Part shown: positions 53,738 to 64,000 of the stretch, in pieces
Layout: each line of letters starts with the position of its first letter
Numbering within the stretch: position 1 is the first letter of the stretch
Assembly (NCBI RefSeq): GCF_006345805.1
Contig: NC_043008.1
Coordinates: 40,238,001-40,302,000 of the forward strand
DNA from: Octopus sinensis
Lineage: Eukaryota
Direction of reading: 5' to 3'
DNA length: 64,000 nucleotides
Notes under the pieces: generated by a model
The model's input: only the letters and a program-made list of their open reading frames with translations
What the model was told of the DNA's origin: nothing
The model's database searches: none
Made by a program: the position numbers and the translations under genes

Positions 53738-53786
<49 letters not shown>
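50723..53786. repeat. Tandem duplication of a ~1513-bp unit delimited by (GT)n
   Basis: Units 50723-52236 and 52237-~53750; duplicate ORF pairs offset by 1513; about five differences seen. Confidence 0.97.
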
Positions 53787-53790
<4 letters not shown>

Positions 53791-54984
53791 CGGTAGCACT
53801 GTCCTGCGAATTCAACTTTCTTTTAGATGTCGAGAGATTTACATTGAATTTCGTATACTCAGAAAGACGACAATATTTGTATAATTAAGTCGTAACGATA
53901 GAGATTGCGTTGTTTCGCCTCCGTCTATTCTAGCATTGAAGAGAAACTGAATCTTTATCGATGATGTTCGAAAGACGTCAATTGTTGCATCGAAGAGTTT
54001 CAATTTCGTCCACTTCGTCCATTTCGTACAAAAAAACAAAACAAACTAGTCTTTGTATTGATAAGACACACCTTTTTGTGACTTATACAGCACTGGTGAT
54101 AGCATATTGAATATACTGACATTTTTCTGTTTTTATTTTGCATTACAAAACATATGTATTTTATTCCGTGAACTTTATAGAATACAAAAGATCATATCTA
54201 ACGTATTTCGTTTCACATACAATGGTAGATATCAAATGTCTATATGGTATTTTCTGATCTCGATCAACCGGCGATCCTGTTCTATGGAATATAATGAAAG
54301 GCGTATCACAGTCAGTGAATACACTCGACAATTCTCGTTAAATCTTCAGTTTCTTACGTATCATCAACTTACATTGAAAATGTGTCATTCGCCGACGATC
54401 TAAATCATAGTAACTGCTTTTTTTTTATAAATTTAAATGAATACAGATACGAAGTTCTTATATAATAAACGTATCTATATGAGAGAAATATAAATGTTAG
54501 CAACAGATAAACTGCGCATAACTTTCTATGCCGTGGTCAGTAGGTATGTTTCGGCATGATGTGTAGGTATGAACTATGGATTAGTCATAAAATTGCTATA
54601 CATACACGCATACATACCTACATATATGTTTCCATACAGGCATATATACACATACATGTATACATACATAGATACGTGCATGCATATCATACATATGATT
54701 TTATGTCTATATATATATATAAATTAGAAAACAACCATATTTTATCAATTCAAAAATGAACAATTAATTTATACGATTTAGAAAAATTACATATTATAGA
54801 AAGATTAAATATAAGATAAAACATAACAATGATTAAGTAATGTGCAAAATAATAAATAAAACGTATATACTTGGTAGAATAACAAATATGCAATAATCCA
54901 TATATATATAAAATAATATATATATATATTATATTTCATATTTCATATATATATATATATATATTATATTTTGTGAAATTTGAT

Positions 54985-55330
54985 ATAGTATTTCTAAATT
55001 TAATTTTTCCCTGTAAGTTTGGAATAATATTCACTCATATATATACAGATATTTGTTTTGCAAGATTTCTCATGTTGTTGTATTTAAGAATGGTCATTTT
55101 GCCTGTTTGGCTAATAAAAACACACGCACTATATATTTGGTGTTACTTTGCTTCAGTGTTATTTATTGTTTACATTAATCTTAATCTTATATCGGCCAGA
55201 GTTTGTTTTGCCACACTCCTGTGACCTCATCAGTGGTCTTTTGCTTTCTTCTTTCTTATTTGTGTGTCTCTCCTTACTAACGGTCAACCATTTTGTATTT
55301 TGTATTCCTATTGTATGTGTCTTCATTTGC
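54985..55330. mobile_element. P2-related PLE-like repeat segment
   Basis: ctaaatttaatttttccctgtaagtttgga matches 31616-31645; contains a degenerate HHR-like motif. Confidence 0.55.
55194..55238 (-). ncRNA. Degenerate hammerhead-like motif, probably inactive
   Basis: GACCA CUGAUGA G-GUCAC-AGGAGU-GUGGC AAAAC AAAC UC UGGCC; G12 changed to A and stem III broken. Confidence 0.4.
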
Positions 55331-55489
55331 GCATGCGTATACCTATATACATATATAATATAAATTACTGATATATAAATTACTGATTCCTACCAAATTT
55401 CTCATGCTAATGTCAGATCTGATAGCTTTAATTTCTCTATCACGTCCAGATTTTGTGTAACAGAAGACCCCTATTTTTTATTCTTTCTC

Positions 55490-55617
55490 GCCATTTCCGA
55501 TACTTTCTTATTTCTATTTACATCGCATGTCTCATCATCCTGGTCCCATCACCCTGTCCTCAACCCCTTTTCTTGTCTTCATTCTCTTTCGTTATATACG
55601 TTACCAGCCCTATCAAC
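55490..55617 (-). repeat. Inverted copy of 57138-57266 (~128 bp)
   Basis: About 10 differences by manual alignment. Confidence 0.92.
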
Positions 55618-55626
55618 CGTATGCCA

Positions 55627-55701
55627 ACTGATATCGTGGCAGAAACATACGTGTTCTTCATATATTATGAAGAACACGTATGTTTCTGCCACGATATCAG
55701 T
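55627..55701. repeat. Perfect palindrome, 36-bp arms, 3-nt loop
   Basis: actgatatcgtggcagaaacatacgtgttcttcata-tat-tatgaagaacacgtatgtttctgccacgatatcagt. Confidence 0.98.
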
Positions 55702-56340
55702 GACCAGATGAAAATGATTGGTTTTCGCTATGATGAAAATGATTAAACCTGCAAATCGGTATGGCAGAAATGGAAAAACTTTGGTATTTGGCTGGAGAAA
55801 ATTCCATTCTTGAAGTGTGGAAACAAACAACACTGCCTTTTCTTTCGCTATTTCCAAATCATGCTCTACGTTTTTAAATCCGCTTGGCTTAACAAATGTA
55901 GGGAACCGGTTGCATTGAGAACATATACACGATCCCAGTCCTATATCATAAGCAGAATCTACAAATGACTGCTGCTTATTGTCGTTGCTGATTGTTGTTG
56001 TTGTTGTTGTTGTTATGCAACAAGACGGGTAAGGGTGATTCGGTGATGGTCTAGGGCTTAAGGGCGGGAGACCCACAGACCTTGAAAAAAAAGAAAAAGA
56101 AATTTGGGCGTATTTTTGTAGTAGAGAGCTCTTCGTTGACGCCCGACACCACTGGGAGGTGGCCCTCGAACTCACTGGAAATGGAGATCACCAGAGCTAA
56201 ATTCTTTTCTGGTGGAACTGGTAATCGAATTGTTTCATGTGCTACATGTTTTATTGCTAATTCGCAATCTTTGTGAAGCAAAAATGACTCTCATTGGAGT
56301 GATTTTTCTCCTCACACCAAACCATGAAGAGTGGTATAGT
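55627..56340 (-). pseudogene. Decayed, rearranged DNA-transposon transposase
   Basis: Collinear frameshifted motifs MVWCEEKNHSNESHFCF, AIKHVAHETIRLPVPP, HDLEIAKEKAVLFVSTLQEWNFLQPNTKV and CFCHDISDQMKMIGFRYDEND resemble, from memory, a widespread invertebrate transposase family (PMVWREPxNHxxDCYFC...LVRDLxLSK...WRLFIDSS). Superfamily not assigned. Confidence 0.7.
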
Positions 56341-57137
56341 TTTTCTTTTACCACTCACCAAAGCTATTAATATTGCATTGTACTGTACACAGCAAATTTG
56401 TGGTGCCCAATCCCGCTCTTGTTCTGCTAACAGTCAAAATAATATTTGCTGGCAAGTTTAATCTTTGTTGTTATGTTGCTACGTTACGACTTAGGTGTAT
56501 ATTGTTCTGTATATATAACAGAAGTTGTACTGGTGATTTTCGCAAGTTCGTCAATTGGATTGCATTTTAAATATCGTACAAAATCTGAACGCAAAACGCA
56601 GAAAGTTATAATTACGATGTCCAAAATAAAAAGAAATAGAAAACAAATGCTATAAAAACACACAAGTTACCACAGACTTCTGCTTCCTTACTAGCAGAAA
56701 GATTCAGCAACCGCTCTACTTGATTGTCACGTAGCGACTGACCGTTGGGCCGTTACTGTGATCTCGACTCAGTGTTGCATGTTTTATAAATTTTATTGAC
56801 CAAAATCGTAAGAATTTGTATATAGTTGGCATACAAAAATTCCTTTAATCTTGAAAACGCAAGCTTCATATTACTATCATCAAGCCGATTAATACAAAAA
56901 TTACATGGTAGGACATTACGCAGTAATTTATATTTTACTGAAAATTTAGACTTGAGAAAAAACTTTAATTATGGATTTGAAATCAGAATGCCGAAATTAG
57001 CTAAAAATCTTTGCTGTCTAGTGTAATCGGACGATATATGAGAAAGATGCAGGTTGGGAGAAATTAGCAAAAGCCAGATTCAAGTAATGTTGGGCAAAAG
57101 AGATACAGAGGGATCCTGAGGACTTATAACAATTACA

Positions 57138-57266
57138 GTTGATGGGGCTGGTAACGTATATTAACGAAAGAGAATGGAGACAAGAAAAGGGGTTGAGGAG
57201 TGGGAGATGGGACCACGATGATGAGACGTTCGATGTAAATAGAAAGAAGAAAGTATCGGAAATGGC
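57138..57266 (+). repeat. Partner of the 55490-55617 inverted repeat
   Basis: gttgatggggctggtaacgtatat...aagaaagtatcggaaatggc. Confidence 0.92.
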
Positions 57267-58164
57267 CTGGTCAATTGCATTGCATTTGATGGTGATTGTA
57301 GATAGAATGACTTCGTGCCTGGAATAGCAAGAGGACAAGGCCAACATGAACGGAGGCTAATAGGTGTTGAGTAACTAACAGTGCATATACGTGCACGCAC
57401 GCAAAATAAATCCTGCAAACTAATACAAAACCTACACCCTTAAAGACATATGGAATTTATATATATGAGCCTGTGTGTGTATGTGTATGTATATTATTAT
57501 GGCTGCCCCCTCGTTATCGAGTATGGCCATTGCACAAAGCTTAACTGTTACTGGTGCTGTGATCAAATGTGACTTGTTAGCCCAGCTAAAGATCTACAAT
57601 GTCTTGTACAGAATTGGCAACTAAAACCTTTACCGGTAATAGCCGGCTGTAGTTGTAATTGGGCTTCATGTACTTTTGCATGTCGTTTAAGTCCTCCTGC
57701 CGAATTACACTCTTTTCCACATACGTACTCTCACACACACACACATATGTACACATAGAGAAGGAGAGAGAGAGGAGTGGCAAGAATAGAGAAAAAGGAT
57801 AGAATGTGCTGACGCATATGCTACGAATATACACATTAGGGAAATTGTAATATTTAAAGAGATAGATTAACAAGTGCCGAATCTAATTAGTTGAGTGTCG
57901 CTAAGGGAAATGGCGCGGTATAGCAAACACACGGGCGAAACCAGTGTAAGGTTAATAATGTAAACATCAATAGTAGATTGCGTGAGGAACGATTATTGTA
58001 TACAACAGTGTGAAAAGAAATGAAGTGAAGATGTATAATGTGTCATAATAGATATAGATACATACAGTATATATATGCTGTATGTATCTATATCTATTAT
58101 GACGCATTATACATCTTCACTTTATTTTTTACATATATATATATGTATATATATATACATAATC

Positions 58165-58223
<59 letters not shown>

Positions 58224-58759
58224 CATATATATACATACATATACATATATACATACACATATATATATATATACACATATATATATGTGCGTGTGTGTGT
58301 GCATATATGTGTCTGCACATATATGTGTACGCGCGCTTGTATCTCTATATGTGTAAGCAAGTCCGTGTTTATAAATATATGTATATATGCGCACACAAAT
58401 ATTTATATATATATATATACATATATACATTCACGCCCACAAATGTGCGCGCAAAAACACTCACAGATGTACAGAGATAAACGCACAAATACATATGAAA
58501 ATATACATGCACTCATAGATTTTATCAACATATTTTTCTTCTCACATTGGCGTGTGAAGATGCATTCAACGCCTTACGAACGTTTAAGACGTAGTTGCTT
58601 AAACCCGCATATCTTAAACATATTCCAGCTGTTGTTAGAGAAGAGTAACACTCACGGAGCAGAGTTTGGGTGAAATAACTCCTTTTTTGCATTGTTCTCT
58701 GTTGTTCCCCCATAACCTTCTCCGTTACATTCCACATCCTCTGACTCAGAATTTATGTT

Positions 58760-59620
58760 CGCATAAAACGACCAGTAAGGAATTCTAATTGGAATTTATT
58801 ACATCGGAATGTTACGACCAAGCTGACGAAATCCGGATGCACATCAAGATTAGACGGCAAAATTACCAGTAACAAAGTACGGCCAACAATCGAAAACATC
58901 ACCTAAGAAGCAGCTGAGAACACACAAATGTGTCTTGACCCCCCCCCACACACACACACATAAAAAAGAACTCAGTTGGTTCAGCGAAATCAAGAAAACA
59001 TTTCAACATTCATTATAGCTTATACAAATGTTCACCTAAACTTTGAACACGACCCAACATCGAACATGAGATAAGACGCATTCAAGCTTTCAAGCGTATT
59101 TATCACATTCAAATCAGAGTGATTAGATGCAACTGGCGGATAGAAAAACGTCGAATACCACCTCGAATTCGCCGGAAGCTCACTGTGAACGTCAGTAATA
59201 TACAACAAAAGAAATTACATGACCCAGACAATACAAAACATGCATTCATCATTGCAATATTTCAGAAAGGGCATGATTGCTGTGACATATGCATCTTCAC
59301 TCTACTCTGAAAATATTAGTTAGGATACAGCTCAAACTTGTCCAAGTCTTCACGAAAAAAGCGTTGCTTGAAGTGTGCATTCTGAGATTCTACAGGAAAA
59401 ATAGATATGATATTCTGTGATAACTAACTACAGTATTAAACACAGTGGTGTACAGAAGCCTCACCTGTTAGTTCTGGTATGCAACAGGGAACAAGACAAT
59501 ATTGTATCAAGCCACACTTGTTTTGCCCATATTTTACCGTGGAGAGATGTGAGCTTTGTACCAACACAAAATGAAAAAACTGGGCGATTTCAAGATCGGT
59601 AAACTACAAAAAAGATTGCT
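58760..59620 (+). pseudogene. Decayed non-LTR retrotransposon RT remnant (RTE-like)
   Basis: Nucleotide traces of collinear RT motifs: ttcatcattgcaatatttcagaaaggg (cf. IITIFKKG), gatatgatattc (cf. DMIF), tttgtaccaacac (cf. LAPTLF); many stops and frameshifts. Confidence 0.45.
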
Positions 59621-60112
59621 ACTGACCAATCGTATATAACATCCGTGAACAGCTGCCCCACGCAAAAATCAGCCTTGGCATCAATCTTATGGAATGATTT
59701 AAATGAGGAACAAAAAAGATACTCAGCAATAGGGAGTTGCCAACGGAGACTATATAAATACACACGCATACATGTGCGTGTGCGTAATTATGTGCGTAAA
59801 TACGTTTGAAGATTATGTATATCTATTACGACTGAGACACAACATATTTGCATCTAAATGTGCATTGCTAGTTATTGAATCATAACTGAAGTAAGGAAGT
59901 AAATTGTAATTATATATGCCGAAGTGAAAGGGCATAACGAAGTAAACATCAGTTTTTAAAAAGTTAGTTCTTGTAAAAACAACATACGATAATAATGGTT
60001 GCTAAACAATAAGAAAACGGGCGCGCGACACACCCAAATAAACACATTCGTGCATATGTACGTATATCCTTATATAAGTATATATCTATAGATAAATGTA
60101 TATTGAAATATA

Positions 60113-60173
<61 letters not shown>

Positions 60174-60178
60174 ATTTA

Positions 60179-60246
<68 letters not shown>

Positions 60247-60256
60247 TTGTGTGTGA

Positions 60257-60299
<43 letters not shown>

Positions 60300-60447
60300 G
60301 GTGTGTGTGTATGTATATATGTGTGTGCGAATTTGTGTGTGTGCAGATGTATTCACTTATACATGTGCATTAGTAGGTGATTTCAACAGAGTATACTACT
60401 TTAAGATATATGGATATATATATATATTTGCATATATATATTAACAC

Positions 60448-60528
<81 letters not shown>

Positions 60529-61208
60529 TATAGATATATACGTCACACATACTTGTTTGTGAATGTATATTTGTATGAAGTCATGCGTATATGTTCGTTT
60601 GCGTGTTTGTCTCTGCGTGTGTGTGCCCGCGCGTGTATTTCTGTGTTTGGAAATTTAACAATAACCATCTTAATATGTTTATATGATTTATTGCTAAACA
60701 TTAGCCTATATTCATATTTCCCTGCATGGTTCTGAGTTGCGAAATTAAATCGTTGGATATAACGATCCTGACAAATAACCCAGTAATGTAACCAGTTTTC
60801 TGTGTTAGCTTTAATTTGGTTTCTCACTCCCATATGCCCTATAGATTTTGTCTTTTTTGTTTTAATTTTGTGCCTTTAATTTGTTGGGTATTTCATTTAG
60901 AAGAAACTGGAACTTTAGCAATACATTATGAAATCTATGATTCACTCGTTTACATTTAACAGAACACAATTTGCAATTTCTTGTCATTGCTAGTTTGGTA
61001 AGGTCTTTAAACATTTGCATTCGTTTGTCTTCTAATGATATAAACAATTGCTCTAATGATTTGTTCTTTTTAAATAGGCAGAGTTGTTGTGATCAAACTA
61101 TGGAAGAACCAGGAGATACCTTGATCATTTGAAAGTATTGTGCGAAATATCTCACATCCTATACAGATAACTGAGACGTAATTAGAAAAGTAAAAATAAT
61201 GATGATAA

Positions 61209-61603
61209 TCTATATATATAAAGCTGAATTTGCGTGTGTGTGTGTGTGTGTGTGGCAGGTTTGGTAGCCTTCAACTAACACAATCTCCTCCGAGACCCTG
61301 CGCGCAAGTTGACCAAACTTGAGAGTATGGTAGAAGAAGGCTTGCTCTTCATTCTGTAGGAGAAAAAAAAATCAAACCAAGTTAAAATCAAACGTTATTT
61401 CCATAAAAAGGTGCTATTTTTCTATGAAAATCCCTGTTTAAAAATTTTTTGACTGATGTGTCGCAATTTTTCGGTGTATTTCAACCGGAAAAATGTTCAC
61501 TTAAAGAGAATAACAATCTACATAATGCAACATTTTCATTTTTCAAAAATTCCAATTCTAAATGGTCGAAACAAACCCGAGCAACGCCGAGCTATACCGC
61601 TAG
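61209..61603 (+). mobile_element. Non-autonomous Helitron
   Basis: A|TCtatatatataaagctg start with a (GT)n tract; subterminal cccgagcaacgccgag hairpin-like motif; CTAG|T end; no TSD. Confidence 0.8.
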
Positions 61604-61875
61604 TTTCTGCCAAATAGATTAATTTGATTTTCTTAAGGGCGGCTCATTTACATGACATGGGTTTATATTGTAAGCTACTCTAAGGGCAAGTGCAAACTTC
61701 AATATTTCTAAATCAAGATTTTAACAGACACGATGATATTTTGTTGCTGATATTTAACCCCAGATTAGGTAGAGTCGAAAAAAGTATTCGAGTAGGTATA
61801 GTGAATCAATGATTGTGCTGTCTTTTATGCATATAATGCATATATACATTGAGACTATACAACGTACGATAGCAT

Positions 61876-62091
61876 TGGCTTCCAATTGTGGCACAAGACT
61901 AGCAATTTCAGGGAGAGCAGGGGCTTAGTTGATTACATCAACCGCAGCGCTCAACTGGTATGTATTTTTATCGATACAGAAATATAAAAGAGCAAAATCG
62001 ACCCCCGCAGAATTTGAGCTCAGAAGGCCAAGACGGAAGAAATGCCGCAATGTAGTTTATTCGGCATTCTGATAATTCCGCCAGATTGTCG
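61876..62091 (-). mobile_element. Diverged SINE family C
   Basis: caactggtatgtatttttatcgat...aaaatcgacccccgcagaatttgagctcagaa...attccgccag. Confidence 0.7.
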
Positions 62092-62621
62092 TCATGCATC
62101 CTGGTGCACTATTTCACGCAAGGTAAAGAATATTTGACTTCAACCTTGATGTGTTTCAGTCAACGCAAGAAAAAGTGTGGGTTCAGCCACCACAAAGAGG
62201 TCAGTTCTACTGCTAACATTAAGATCTCTATGAAAATCAAATAGCATAAAGCAGAAATATTAAAACATACTTCGAGACTTCCAGCTTCTATAAGCAGATT
62301 ATAAATTCCAATTATGCCAATAAGAATTTGTGCACATGGCCTAGTAATTAAATGATGAATTGTGCAATCTAATGTTTGCAGAAAAAGAAATTATCCGACA
62401 AGTTCGCACGTTACGAATACAATTTGTAAGTGAAGGAGTAAAGATATGTACTATGTCTTCCCAAATTTCGAATATGACATCGTGTTTGTTGTGTCCATTC
62501 CAGCAGTGGAACCTTGTATCTTAGTTAGAAAGTAGTTCCTTTTTCAGGTGAAAAACTGAAATCATTAAAAGCAGAAGAGAAGACGCGCGCTCACACAGTT
62601 AAGTATGTGTATACATACATA

Positions 62622-63494
62622 CATGGTCTGATCAATGGATGTTATCATAGTTAGTAACGAAGGTAAAGCCCGCAGAGTCAAGACGCTTAGCACAGATTAA
62701 CCTTGAGCTCAGGAGTGCTTGAGTACCACCTTCTAACGTTTTAGCTGACTTCTGCTGTTTTACAACAGTGTTTGGAAGAACGCGTGTAGCTTGCGATCGT
62801 CGCATTGACACAGACAAAGTTGAGCAGAGAATGTACATCAAATTTCGTCGAATGCATAGCGATACCTGCTCAGAGACCTACATCAAGTTTTCAAACAATT
62901 TCCATCGGTCTTTACACGTTGAAGGAAATCTTGTGCAACTGAAACCTCACTATCTTTACGGTCAGCTGAAAGCAGCTTTGATACAAAATTGGCAAACACG
63001 CGTCTCATACCCAATACTTCAGTGATAATGGACTGATCTGAACCGAAACTGATCTGCAATTCCTGTTATAACTCACGGATGGTGATTCGACGATTTCCCC
63101 TTACAGCTGCACGCAAATCAGCGATGATTTTCTCAGTTCTTCTGGTTGCCGGTCTCCCAGAATGCTTGTCAATAAGGACATTTTATGTCTATCTTGGAAA
63201 CGCCTGAACTTCTCGTACACTTGTGTGTGGCTTGTGCGACCCAGTCCATACACTTTCTGAGTAGGTATCTCCTCGTCAGATTTCTCTGTCATGGTCAATG
63301 CGACCCTCACACTTTACACACCTTCCTCCCAACCACTGTTGTAAACAGCGGAAGTGAGCTAGAACGTTAAAACGTTAAAGCTTAGTGCGCAAGCGCAGCA
63401 GAGATCAAGATCAATCTTTGTCAGGAGGCTTCACTCTGCGTGCTTCAGCTTCGATACTATGGCAACAGGCCTGATACATATCGATTAGGCCGTG
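62622..63494. mobile_element. Non-autonomous Mariner derivative built from two opposed 5' ends
   Basis: TA-flanked TIRs catggtctgatcaat / atcgattaggccgtg. Plus strand encodes VEQRMYIKF...SETY. Minus strand encodes QKVYG...TQVYEKFRRF then HSGRP...GNRRITIREL...LGMRRVFANFVSKLLS (mariner HTH region). Confidence 0.88.
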
Positions 63495-64000
63495 TACATA
63501 CATACATACATACATACATACATACATACATACATACATACAGACAGACAGACAGACAGTGATATGCATAGATAGATAGATAGATGCGTAGATAGATATA
63601 TGTACAAGTGTGTGTGTGTGTGTGTATACGCAATGTGACCGAAAGAGAGTCAATGATCATTTGTGTATTTAAGTTTATTTCCATATTAAACAAAGTTGTT
63701 TACACGTGGTAAAATGTTGACAACATTACATTTGCTATTGAGCGGTGGGGCAGGCATGCTAATATGATTAGTGTTATATGTTCAGTCAGAGGCATCCTGT
63801 ATGAGTGTCCTCAGGAATATGAATAGCTTTTGCCAAAATGAATCTAACATAGTCAAATTAAATCTAACATATCGTCTTATGATCTGCATGAAAGTTTCAC
63901 GACACTTCTTTTGTCATTCATGCCCGTTTCAAACACCATACTAAAGCCATGGCTGCTGCTGTTTTTCTGTCGGTAAGAGATATGAAAATGCTCAATGAAC

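Larger units (their letters stand above)
55380..57023 (-). mobile_element. Approximate extent of the internally deleted DNA transposon
   Basis: Terminal-like segments near 56950-57023 and 55380-55460 resemble ends of this family from memory; boundaries uncertain. Confidence 0.4.

Noticed and set aside
55579-56175. 198-aa ORF as an intact gene
   Set aside because: It is a patchwork of transposase fragments, an (AAC)n tract and the palindrome; treated as a pseudogene.
58038-58673. 211-aa ORF and the many other YI/CV/HT-rich ORFs (e.g. 45652-46164, 46993-47376, 59964-60356)
   Set aside because: Translations of dinucleotide and tetranucleotide microsatellites.

Overview
AT-rich, microsatellite-dense eukaryotic DNA. 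The repeat families look like those of Octopus (recognised from memory, not by database search), and the window is probably intronic or intergenic. I recognise no intact protein-coding gene: most long ORFs in the track are translations of (AT)n, (AC)n, (ATAC)n, (AAT)n or (GAA)n arrays. The window is dominated by mobile-element debris: four tRNA-headed SINE families (labelled A-D here), short Penelope-like (PLE-like) terminal repeats, MITEs, a non-autonomous Helitron, a Mariner derivative with two 5' ends, a rearranged DNA-transposase pseudogene and probable LINE remnants. There are also two local tandem duplications (about 480 bp x 3.7 and about 1.5 kb x 2). The strongest unexplained signal is a set of minimal type I hammerhead ribozyme (HHR) motifs on the minus strand, in short repeats next to (AT)n arrays. 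One has a canonical core (7833-7875), one has a U3-A8 compensatory core (19724-19759), a three-copy family has a CUGUnGA core, and one is degenerate (55194-55238). All alignments and folds were done by eye.
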